Below are positions 31,504-39,624 of a stretch of 64,000 nucleotides of DNA, in pieces. Each line of letters begins with the position of its first letter. Positions within the stretch are counted from its first letter, which is position 1. The DNA comes from Candidatus Saccharimonadia bacterium (GTDB lineage: Bacteria; Patescibacteriota; Saccharimonadia; UBA4664; JBIOIQ01): positions 141 through 64,140 of the forward strand of contig JBIOIQ010000004.1 of NCBI GenBank assembly GCA_044449985.1, given 5' to 3'. Position numbers and translations under genes: made by a program. Under the pieces are notes generated by a model, which saw only the letters and a list, made by a program, of their open reading frames with translations, did no database searches and had not been told where the DNA came from.

Positions 31504-33246
31504 TCAAGTTGGACTTTCTTTGTCAGGATCGTCGGAATTTTCATGACTTACTATGGGTAGTGCCACATTGTCAGTACTATGTGTTTTCTTCGATGAGCTA
31601 GAACGCTTTTTCCCGAACGAGCCAATCCACAAGAACCCTCTTTGAGCGCCTTGAGAGCCAACAATTAGCCAGGAAAAAGGTTTCCAACCGGCCAGATGAC
31701 GCATTTTTGATCGGACTTTCGATGGCTTCGCTACCAGTACCCCGTCTCTTACAACCGCTTGTGATAAATGAAGCTTAAGTAATAACCAAAGCACCAGGAT
31801 TGTTTGAGCAACAATTATAAATATTAAGAACCATGGAAAATCAACTATATACCAAGGTTTAGGTTGTGGTGGAGCGGTCGCCAGAATATTTAAAGGATAG
31901 GTCGGTGAAGGAGAACTCTCTGCTCCGACGGAGTTAATACGGCTAAAATAAATTTTGTAGATACCTGGAAACAGTTTAGGAGAATAGGTGTATTCCCAAG
32001 TCACACCATTAGCAAAGCCACCGCTGCCCTTATCTTTACCTTTTGGAGCCAGTTTATCTTTGGCAGTAAAACTGTCTATCGGCTGCCCATTTAAGTAGAC
32101 CGTAATGATATCAGTAGATTCGGATTGCCCAATATAGTCCATGGGCTGCAAAATCACAAGACTGGTTGGAAAAGATAAAATTTTAGGAGGAGTAATCCCA
32201 TTTATCGTAAATGTCGCTTTAGAGCTATCCGTATGATTACCGGCTTTATCAATTGCCGTCACTACAATACTGTGAGTTCCCGGATGTTGTTTCGGCAACG
32301 CGTCGCCACTATTTACCCCAAACTGGGCTCCTCCATCAATGCTAGCCAGATAATGGTCAATTCCAGAAGTGGCGTCAGTGGCGGAAAAATTGGCAGTCGG
32401 GGTTGGGTTAGAAGGATTTCCTCCATTATCAATTGAAACATTAAAGTTATTGGGCGGGGTCGAATCTATATGAATGACGAAGTTGACCGTCGAACCACCG
32501 GTCGAATTTGAGCCTTTCAAGTGAAAGTACCAAATACCATCAGCCAAGGTATAATTTGTCGTGATCGTGGCGTTATTGGGACCGGTCGGAATGGTATTTG
32601 GGTTGTTGTCGACAGAGTAGGAATAGTTTCCGACGGCAGTTGTAGCATACCAATTCAACTCAACGCTGTGGGCACTATACCAAGTGTTTTGGTTGGGATG
32701 CGTTTTTGAAACTATCGTTAAGAGAGGTACCGGAGGTTTGGCTGCTGCCACCGTAAAGGTTGCTCCGGTTGAGCAACATAAAACATTTGTGCCTTGGCCG
32801 TCATTGGCTAGAATTTGACTTCCCGAAACGTTAACACTAAACGTCCCGGGAGTTGTCGCATTAAAGATCACCGTCAGGACCCGACCGGCTGTCCCGTTAT
32901 AGCCGGGATTACCAAGACCGCCCGAGAAGTAGACCGACGATGATGAACCGACCGGTCCAGATCCTCCCCCACTGGTCCAGGTGGTAAAGATTGACCCGGA
33001 AGTCGATACAAAGGAATACTGTAGCCCTGATGACCAAGTAATCGTACCTTCGCCGGCGTTAATGGCCTGAGAGGCCGAATTAATGTAAATTCCGACTCTA
33101 ATAACGTCACCAACGTTATAGCTGCCGGAAGAAGGACTGGCGTAAAAAGTCGCTCCCCCCGAGCCGGATGCAGCTGGCACATCAAAGTTAAGTACCGAAA
33201 TGATCGGTACAATCAGAAACAATAAGAATAGTGTTAAACGCTTCAT
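31504..33246 (-). CDS. cohesin-like + Ig-like repeat protein with C-terminal TM anchor and ~100-aa cytoplasmic tail (580 aa)
   Basis: It has a signal peptide. The cohesin-like block is ATFYASPSSGSYNVGDVIRVGIYINSASQAINAGEGTITWSSGLQYSFVS...GRVLTVIFNATTPGTFSV. An Ig-like domain (HSIVVTAIDKAGN) and a TM helix (FLIFIIVAQTILVLWLLL) follow. Confidence 0.55.
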   Translation of the reverse strand: MKRLTLFLLFLIVPIISVLNFDVPAASGSGGATFYASPSSGSYNVGDVIRVGIYINSASQAINAGEGTITWSSGLQYSFVSTSGSIFTTWTSGGGSGPVGSSSSVYFSGGLGNPGYNGTAGRVLTVIFNATTPGTFSVNVSGSQILANDGQGTNVLCCSTGATFTVAAAKPPVPLLTIVSKTHPNQNTWYSAHSVELNWYATTAVGNYSYSVDNNPNTIPTGPNNATITTNYTLADGIWYFHLKGSNSTGGSTVNFVIHIDSTPPNNFNVSIDNGGNPSNPTPTANFSATDATSGIDHYLASIDGGAQFGVNSGDALPKQHPGTHSIVVTAIDKAGNHTDSSKATFTINGITPPKILSFPTSLVILQPMDYIGQSESTDIITVYLNGQPIDSFTAKDKLAPKGKDKGSGGFANGVTWEYTYSPKLFPGIYKIYFSRINSVGAESSPSPTYPLNILATAPPQPKPWYIVDFPWFLIFIIVAQTILVLWLLLKLHLSQAVVRDGVLVAKPSKVRSKMRHLAGWKPFSWLIVGSQGAQRGFLWIGSFGKKRSSSSKKTHSTDNVALPIVSHENSDDPDKESPT

Positions 33247-33779
33247 GGAATGCTCACCGTTATCGGACTTGCCGCTAAGGGAATTATCGTACCTTTACCG
33301 TCCGCTAAGAGCACCTCGGTATCTGAAGAAAATATTAACGTCGTATGACCCGCATGTTTGGCGCTTAAGCTGACACTGCCAATACTGGCCGTCCCCTTAA
33401 ATCCTGGTCGGATCACACCACCTTCAAATACCATTTGATGATTTGAGGCATCTACAGAAGGTTGTCCGGGAATCCAGAGATTAAAGATTGAACCAGCTTT
33501 CGAGACAGTGACATTTGTCAAGAAACCGGGATCATATGCTAGTTTAACTTGCGCGGCATTAATCGTGTAACCGTCAGTATTAATAGAAATTGGCACGGTT
33601 ATAGTGTGATTGCCGGTCAGCCTAATTTGACCTGCGCCAAGAACCGCAGTTTTTGGCACACTTGCTTTATGCCAAAATGTAATTACCCCAATAACGAGCA
33701 GAATAATTAAAACTACAACAATAATCAGTAGTTTTGTTTGAGCTTTTTTTGCTTTAATTATTGGAGTGACATTATCCAT
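33243..33779 (-). CDS. N-terminally anchored single cohesin-like domain protein (178 aa)
   Basis: It has a TM anchor (LLIIVVVLIILLVIGVITFW). The cohesin-like block is ITVPISINTDGYTINAAQVKLAYDPGFLTNVTVSKAGSIFN...GSVSLSAKHAGHTTL. It overlaps the next gene by 4 nt. Confidence 0.55.
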   Translation of the reverse strand: MDNVTPIIKAKKAQTKLLIIVVVLIILLVIGVITFWHKASVPKTAVLGAGQIRLTGNHTITVPISINTDGYTINAAQVKLAYDPGFLTNVTVSKAGSIFNLWIPGQPSVDASNHQMVFEGGVIRPGFKGTASIGSVSLSAKHAGHTTLIFSSDTEVLLADGKGTIIPLAASPITVSIP

Positions 33780-33842
33780 AAAATGCTTATGTCTATTCTA
33801 ATCTAAAGTGCTCCATTCCTCAACTCCCGTTAAGGTTGAGTC

Positions 33843-34655
33843 TTATCCTGTCCAGTAATAGAGCATGATAGAAAAATCAGTCAGATTAACCTTTCCATCG
33901 TCGTTTATATCGGCCGGTTTTGTGACGTTGGACTGGTTAAAGTAAAACATTAGAATCGAAAAATCAGTGAGATTAATTCGACCGTCGTTATTTAGATCGG
34001 CTGACAAAGTAACGGTAATATTTTGCATAGTGGTTTGAGGGCTTTGATTCCCTCCGGGTTCAGTCACAACCGCACTAACGCTATAATTACCCAAGTGAAG
34101 AAACACTCCGGGAGTTGTATCCCAATTACCGAGTGCATCAGATGAGGTTTGGACTGAAAAACTATCACTATATTTGGTTCCACTAAAAAATACCGTTACC
34201 GTCGAGTTTTGCCTAGTTGTGCCGATAATATGTTCAGTTTGAGGTCGTTTAATGGGATTTGTCACGATTCTAAGAGTCGTCGGTAGCAAGAACCCTGACA
34301 AAATCGTTGTAAACGCCGGAAGAATTGTCGCCGTCGTTGTAAGAAGGTCAGTATTACGTCCACTAACATCAGTTGCAAATATTCCAAAGGTAGCTGATCC
34401 CTGTGACTGATTCGTGAAAGTATCGTCAAATACGCTAGAGCCATCTGCCACTTGAGTACCAATAACATCACCGTTCCGAGTAAACGTCACGAGAGCACCA
34501 GGGGAAGCTTCACCGACAAATTCAATTCCGCCCGTCTGCACGGGCAACTGGGCTCCGATCGTTGAATCCGAAGTTAGGGCTTCAAGTGGCTGGGTTGGCT
34601 GAGTTAATAAAAACCCTACCAAGATTAAGCCTGCTGCGACCCTCCGCTTAGTCAC
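33843..34655 (-). CDS. exported Ig-like protein with C-terminal dockerin pair (about 270 aa)
   Basis: The C-terminus reads DLNNDGRINLTDFSILMFYF...ADINDDGKVNLTDFSIMLYYW. I moved the start to the GTG at 34653-34655, which overlaps the upstream TAG stop (TAGTG). This yields the signal peptide MTKRRVAAGLILVGFLL. Confidence 0.6.
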   Translation of the reverse strand: MTKRRVAAGLILVGFLLTQPTQPLEALTSDSTIGAQLPVQTGGIEFVGEASPGALVTFTRNGDVIGTQVADGSSVFDDTFTNQSQGSATFGIFATDVSGRNTDLLTTTATILPAFTTILSGFLLPTTLRIVTNPIKRPQTEHIIGTTRQNSTVTVFFSGTKYSDSFSVQTSSDALGNWDTTPGVFLHLGNYSVSAVVTEPGGNQSPQTTMQNITVTLSADLNNDGRINLTDFSILMFYFNQSNVTKPADINDDGKVNLTDFSIMLYYWTG

Positions 34656-35671
34656 TACCGCCCTTTGATAAGAACCTTGGCAGCTTCGTAGAATCTTCGA
34701 TGCAGAACTACGATCAAAATAACTAGCAATAGGATGATGAGAAGAACTAGCCATGGGAAAACCCAAAATACAGTTTCTGCTGTTAGTATTTTATTCTGGG
34801 AACCATAGACGGCATCAATTTGGGCTCGGTAATATCCGCCCCACAAGCTTTTTTTCGTCCAGATTACTGTGACTCGACGTTCTCCTCCAGGAAAGACATT
34901 AAGAGGATCCAGAGCTATTTGATCAACCTTGGAACCGAATATATTGTAGATTGTCAAAGTGCCGGTCGGTTTAAAGTGTACATTTCCAGTATTTTTAAAC
35001 AAGACATCAAACGCTACTGGACCATGATCAAAATAACTCTGGGGATGTTCTTTGGTTAGATCTTCGGCATTGGCAATGTATATTTGAGTTTTCCCGTCGG
35101 TTCCAGTCACCGTTTCCCAGCTGCCAACAAACGATTTGGCATTAAATTTTTCGATAGAACCAGATTCGACAATATCACCACTGACTTTCATTAAAACTAA
35201 AGATCCGACCCGCTGAATAATACTGGCACCGGTAGAAGTTGTAGAGGTCGAGACGATTGGATTAAAGAGAACCGTGGCAAAATGCCCACCCGGTTCGGCA
35301 TTCGCAGGTACGTTAATCGTAAATGGTACCAAAGCCGAAGATTTCGCCGCCAAAGTTACTTGTTTTTGGGAAAAACTAAACCAACTCGAAAAGGTTGTGG
35401 GACCAGTAGTGTCTGTAACTGTCACTGAACCTTCAGTACCTTCAACCACAAAGTCTTGGGCGCTAACCGCAAGCGTAACGCTGCCGTCTGAGTCGTTAGT
35501 GACACGAATAGTATTTTGCAGGCTATCTCCGGGGTTAGCTGACATATCGTAGGTCGGAGGAGAGACTGTTATGCCTAGAGTATTGGGGCTATCAGCCAAA
35601 GTTGTTTGCCACCCTAAGGTGGCTATCAAAACAAAGCTGCTCAGTGAAAAAATGCGAAAGAAATGTTTCAT
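34655..35671 (-). CDS. DUF916-like exported protein with C-terminal TM anchor, family C copy 1
   Basis: The signal peptide ends at LA/DS. GITVSPPTYDMSANPGDSLQNTIRVTNDSDGSVTLAV and VPANAEPGGHFATVLFNP match the family blocks. The C-terminus is a TM helix plus HRRFYEAAKVLIKGR. Confidence 0.55.
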   Translation of the reverse strand: MKHFFRIFSLSSFVLIATLGWQTTLADSPNTLGITVSPPTYDMSANPGDSLQNTIRVTNDSDGSVTLAVSAQDFVVEGTEGSVTVTDTTGPTTFSSWFSFSQKQVTLAAKSSALVPFTINVPANAEPGGHFATVLFNPIVSTSTTSTGASIIQRVGSLVLMKVSGDIVESGSIEKFNAKSFVGSWETVTGTDGKTQIYIANAEDLTKEHPQSYFDHGPVAFDVLFKNTGNVHFKPTGTLTIYNIFGSKVDQIALDPLNVFPGGERRVTVIWTKKSLWGGYYRAQIDAVYGSQNKILTAETVFWVFPWLVLLIILLLVILIVVLHRRFYEAAKVLIKGR

Positions 35672-35690
35672 ATTGGTTATGCTCCTTATT

Positions 35691-36800
35691 CTAGAATGTC
35701 GGCGTGCATGTGTAAACTACTGTACCGGTATACGTACCTGATGAAGACAATACCGTGAAACGTAACCGAAAGCCAACATTTACGCTATCATTAGATATTG
35801 ACGTAGCTGAATGAGCTACTTCACTGTCGGTTGTCGAGAGTCCAGCAAATAGATTATCACTCGTGGTAAAGCGGTTGGCAGTGCCAGATAATGTGGTGTC
35901 ACTGGTCGTATAACCAAACAATTCTGCGCTGCCGGTTGTCGGTGTAGCAGTTGGGGTCGAATTGCTTCCTGTCCAATCTGCGATCGAGGCGGGACTGGCA
36001 ATGTTTTTAAGGGCATTGCCGCTATTTAGGTTTCTAATGGAAACTTCGTAACCTGAATCGGCATTCGTACTAGTAGTAAGAGTTTGCGCACAGTCATAAT
36101 TAGTATCGGCTGAGAGGGGTAGTAATAGCGTCCCAAAAGTCACCGCTGAGGAACTATCTACGCAACGATCGGATGTTGACAGCCCCCCTTTGTAAATAGT
36201 GCTCGCGGCTACACCGGCGACGTTAAAGGTCAGGGTTGGATCTATGGTCAGTGAAACGCTGACCGCATTAACCACCACGAAAGCGATTGCTGCGCTATCG
36301 ACTTGGGTCGTATAAGTTGCATCCGAGTACGTTGAGAGTCTGGCATAATATGTCCCGGCTGAAGTCGGATTAGTCACCCCACTTAAGCTAAATGTCTGAG
36401 TACCAGATGGCGCGATCGAATTTGCGGCATCTTTAAATTGCAACGATCCCGTAACTGAATCATCAACCCAACCTGAGGCTGCCCCATAACCAACCGGTTG
36501 AGCAACCAGTGTTGCCGAAGCGGCTGAAAATCCCGTAGGTGTCACGCAAGTACCGTCCGGTGACGTACAGATAGCGGCTCGAAAGGCTTGTAAGACATTT
36601 AGGCTTGAGACTGAAAAGTCAAAACTATAATTGACATTGGTTTGTGAGGGTTCAGGGTTAGATAAAGTTACGCTGGCCCCCGAGAGACTTCCGGCGTAAG
36701 CTATCGCCGATACCCATAACACGCGACTGGCCAAAAGCGTGCATAAAATCACAACAATGCCGTGCCAACGCAGAGGTTTTTTCGGATTTCGATCTGTCAT
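35691..36800 (-). CDS. exported surface subunit, family B copy 2 (369 aa)
   Basis: It has a signal peptide, ASVTLSNPEPS, and TIDPTLTFNVAGVAAS...TNYDCAQTLTT. It ends GTYTGTVVYTCTPTF. Confidence 0.6.
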   Translation of the reverse strand: MTDRNPKKPLRWHGIVVILCTLLASRVLWVSAIAYAGSLSGASVTLSNPEPSQTNVNYSFDFSVSSLNVLQAFRAAICTSPDGTCVTPTGFSAASATLVAQPVGYGAASGWVDDSVTGSLQFKDAANSIAPSGTQTFSLSGVTNPTSAGTYYARLSTYSDATYTTQVDSAAIAFVVVNAVSVSLTIDPTLTFNVAGVAASTIYKGGLSTSDRCVDSSSAVTFGTLLLPLSADTNYDCAQTLTTSTNADSGYEVSIRNLNSGNALKNIASPASIADWTGSNSTPTATPTTGSAELFGYTTSDTTLSGTANRFTTSDNLFAGLSTTDSEVAHSATSISNDSVNVGFRLRFTVLSSSGTYTGTVVYTCTPTF

Positions 36801-36849
36801 AGCAATTTTTTTATTTTACGGTGTTGGTTTTTACGTACCGTTGTATATA

Positions 36850-36878
36850 AGATTACCAGCATACATAATGCAGGTCAA
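36850..36878 (-). promoter_or_regulatory. sigma70-type promoter for family B copy 2
   Basis: The minus strand reads TTGACC, a 17-nt spacer, then TAATCT. Confidence 0.45.
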
Positions 36879-36912
36879 GTCGCTTATGTTAATACTCATT
36901 ATTCGATATTTC

Positions 36913-36941
36913 AAAAAGCCCCAAATTTTCTGGGGCTTTTT
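36913..36941. terminator. bidirectional-looking intrinsic terminator after family B copy 1
   Basis: AAAAAGCCCCA-AATTTTC-TGGGGCTTTTT. Confidence 0.7.
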
Positions 36942-36962
36942 GAAAGAGTTAAACTTATATTT

Positions 36963-38096
36963 CTAGAACACTGGGGTACAAGTATAAACGAGAGTACCTT
37001 GGTAAGTTCCCGCCTGTTGCGTACCAGGGTAGCGGAGTCTGAGTCCCACATTTATAGCTTTTGCAGCAATTGGACCAGCGTTATACGATACTTGGTCCGC
37101 CGTCGTCGTGAGCCCAGCGAATAAGTTATCCGAGGCAGTAAAGCGCGTGGCAGTTCCCGATAAACCTGCATCACTGGTGGTGTATCCGAAGACCGAGAAG
37201 CTACCTGAAGTCGGCGACGCTGTCGGAGTCGCATTGGTGCCGGTCCAGTTGGTAATCGATTTTGTATTATCGCTGAGAAGCTTCATGAAGTCCCCTGAAG
37301 CTTGTTTACCTTGAATGGTAACCTGATAGCCATTGTTCGAATTTGTGGTTGTCGTTAACGTTTGGGCGCAGTCATAGTTAGTATCAGCCGAAAGTGGATT
37401 AGTTTGACTACCATACGTCACCGCAGTTGCGCTGTCAGCGCAAATACTCGACGTCGATAATGCCCCTTTATAGGTGGTGCTGGCTGCAACACCGGCCACA
37501 TTAAAAGTTAGCGTGGGGTCGATCGTCGCGCTGACTAAAACGCTCGGAACCGTAAAAAAGCCGATGATGGTTGTATCAACCAAAGTGGTACAGGCATCGC
37601 TAAAAGTTTTTATTTCGATAAACCATCCGCCTCCGCCTGAAGTTGTGGGGTTGGTCAGAGAAGTAATCGGAGTGGTAATTTGTGAACCGGATGAAACTGA
37701 TTGACCCGTCACATAGGTTTCTTTAATGATCCCGTTGGTAGAATTATCAATGGTCCAGTTGGCAGCAGTAAGACCCGTAAATGTACCATTAGCACCTGAT
37801 GCATTCGAAAACCCAGTTGGAGTTGAACCCTGGCCAGAATCCGGAGATGTACTGACAGTGTAGGTGAAACATTTTAGGGTCGCAGTCGTTGCTGCTTGCC
37901 AAGAAACGCTGTAAGTCACTGCACCACTAGGGGCATTTGGACGTGGGTCGCTCAGTGTTACGCTGGCAATAGTTAGTCCACCAGCTGCAAAAACAGGACT
38001 GATCATATTAAATAAGGACATCATCGCTACGCAAATAGCAATAATTACATTAATCGCACTATTATATCTTTTCACAAACGTAGAATCTCTCCTCAC
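36963..38096 (-). CDS. exported surface subunit, family B copy 1 (377 aa)
   Basis: GTG start behind AAGGTGAGGA. It has a signal peptide, ASVTLSDPRPN, and a C-terminal half collinear with copy 2. It ends GTYQGTLVYTCTPVF. Confidence 0.6.
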   Translation of the reverse strand: MRRDSTFVKRYNSAINVIIAICVAMMSLFNMISPVFAAGGLTIASVTLSDPRPNAPSGAVTYSVSWQAATTATLKCFTYTVSTSPDSGQGSTPTGFSNASGANGTFTGLTAANWTIDNSTNGIIKETYVTGQSVSSGSQITTPITSLTNPTTSGGGGWFIEIKTFSDACTTLVDTTIIGFFTVPSVLVSATIDPTLTFNVAGVAASTTYKGALSTSSICADSATAVTYGSQTNPLSADTNYDCAQTLTTTTNSNNGYQVTIQGKQASGDFMKLLSDNTKSITNWTGTNATPTASPTSGSFSVFGYTTSDAGLSGTATRFTASDNLFAGLTTTADQVSYNAGPIAAKAINVGLRLRYPGTQQAGTYQGTLVYTCTPVF

Positions 38097-38128
38097 AAGA
38101 ATTCCTCACCTTTTTATATCTTGTTAGA

Positions 38129-38157
38129 AGCATAACCGTTAAGAACAATCTGGTCAA
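38129..38157 (-). promoter_or_regulatory. sigma70-type promoter for family B copy 1
   Basis: The minus strand reads TTGACC, a 17-nt spacer, then TATGCT. Confidence 0.45.
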
Positions 38158-38204
38158 GCAGTTTTTTCTCGATGTGAAGTCAAAAAATTTGTTGTTTAGT
38201 ATTT

Positions 38205-38227
38205 AAAAAGCGACCCATTCGGGCCGC
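38205..38227 (-). terminator. intrinsic terminator after family P copy 1
   Basis: The minus strand reads GCGGCCC-GAAT-GGGTCGC followed by TTTTT. Confidence 0.65.
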
Positions 38228-38250
38228 TTTGTTAGCTTTTGTTACAGTTT

Positions 38251-39402
38251 TTAGAAATAGCCGGCTGCAACCACGGTCAGAGTATCAGCATAATCCGTAG
38301 CAGCGGGTGTGATACCGGCAATTTCAGCTCTTTCTAGGAAGGTATAGACGTCCCCGTTGGAGTCACCGGTTGATGAGCCGAATGGTCGAAGTTGCGTAGG
38401 ATCAAGTACTCCGGCTTTGGTTCCCGAAGTTCCATCGTAAGCGGCATTGGCAGCACCAGTTCCAATTTGTCCACCACCACCTTGAGTCACCGCGGTAACG
38501 GCAAAGCCGTAATCTTCAGAGCCAGTTGTTACCGTATGAGCAGCCGTTCCAAGTGAGCTGGTAGTGTTGTTAGAGATATTGTAGTTGGCAATCGTCGAGT
38601 GCAGTGCCCCGTGCTCATTGGCCGGGTTTGAGCCTGCATCAGTCACGGTCTTACTATTAGCATCTTCAACGAAGCAGGCGTAGCCGGAAGCAGCATTCGT
38701 TTGAACTGTTGCCGTCAGCGTAGCTGTACTCGTAGTAGCTGCCGGTGAAAGATTGCCGGTAAAGGCTTGCGTTGTACCTGAGAGCGTGAAGGTAAATGTT
38801 GGAGGGACGATGGCTGAAACTGCAATCTGATCACTTGTAATAGCCGCTGAGGACCAGTTACTCGTAAATTCAGCCGTTGCACCAGGATAAGCACCATGCG
38901 CAAGCGTCGTTGAACCTTGCAGGTTCGGGTTGGCTGAGCTTGGATTTGAGATTGCAGCAGTGTTAGTCCAGTTAAAGCAGTAAGGACCGGTACTACCAGG
39001 TTGCGACGCACCAGCTACATTAAAGTTTACCTGTTGACCGACTACGCCGGAACCTCCAGAAGGGGCAGTCACGCCGGTCCAGGCAGCTGAGCCAGTGGGC
39101 CATTCGGGAGATGAAGTCGTATTGACAGTCCAGTTACCCACGGTCGAACTGACCGTATAACCAGTCGGAAAAACCACCGATAGCGTAGTCGCGGTGGTAC
39201 CTGGGGACGACGAAAACTTTGAACAAACTGTACCCGTAGTAGCAGTAGAAATCTGCATACGGTTAAAGATTACTTGAGTATAGGCAAAAGTCGGAGTGGC
39301 TTCAGCCGCCCCAATTAAAAACGGCAATATTGTTTGCGCCAATAACGCAAGAATTAATACTAATCGAATTCGTTTGGACATTTGTTCTAATTTTTTACGC
39401 AT
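38251..39402 (-). CDS. exported surface protein, family P copy 1 (383 aa), apparently monocistronic
   Basis: The signal peptide ends at GAAEA/TP. It has its own promoter and terminator. It is a paralog of 21991-23142. Confidence 0.65.
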   Translation of the reverse strand: MRKKLEQMSKRIRLVLILALLAQTILPFLIGAAEATPTFAYTQVIFNRMQISTATTGTVCSKFSSSPGTTATTLSVVFPTGYTVSSTVGNWTVNTTSSPEWPTGSAAWTGVTAPSGGSGVVGQQVNFNVAGASQPGSTGPYCFNWTNTAAISNPSSANPNLQGSTTLAHGAYPGATAEFTSNWSSAAITSDQIAVSAIVPPTFTFTLSGTTQAFTGNLSPAATTSTATLTATVQTNAASGYACFVEDANSKTVTDAGSNPANEHGALHSTIANYNISNNTTSSLGTAAHTVTTGSEDYGFAVTAVTQGGGGQIGTGAANAAYDGTSGTKAGVLDPTQLRPFGSSTGDSNGDVYTFLERAEIAGITPAATDYADTLTVVAAGYF

Positions 39403-39440
39403 ATTGTGTTGATTTAATTTTTTTAGTTACTATTGGTTCT

Positions 39441-39469
39441 ATATTCACAGAGCATAAGAACTATGTCAA
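39441..39469 (-). promoter_or_regulatory. sigma70-type promoter for family P copy 1
   Basis: The minus strand reads AAAAAAAG-TTC-TTGACA, a 17-nt spacer ending TGT, then GAATAT (extended -10-like). Confidence 0.5.
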
Positions 39470-39624
39470 GAACTTTTTTTAAGAATATGCAATAATTTCA
39501 TAATAAAGCTTATATTTACCCCTAAATTAAGGAAAAATTATGGAGACATGTCGGGGCTTAGACGATATGTGGGGGTGTTATGTCGACGAGAAATACGTAT
39601 AACACTTAAAACTAATCTTACTTA

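Noticed and set aside
34656-34766. The N-terminal 37 codons of ORF 33843-34766 (MGFPMASSSHHP...).
   Set aside because: They would overlap the family C1 gene by 112 nt. A GTG at 34653-34655 gives a normal signal peptide and a stop/start overlap, like the other junctions in the locus.
29190-38096. Calling families B and P bona fide WxL-domain proteins.
   Set aside because: The defining W-x-L motifs are absent; the C-terminus is YTCTP(V/I/T)(Y/F). I keep only a WxL-like role by locus analogy, pending HMM and structure tests.
39540-39602. A 20-codon mini-ORF (METCRGLDDMWGCYVDEKYV) behind AAGGA, in the intergenic region upstream of the surface locus.
   Set aside because: It is too short and has no supporting signal. 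It lies on the strand opposite the flanking genes and is probably a chance ORF.
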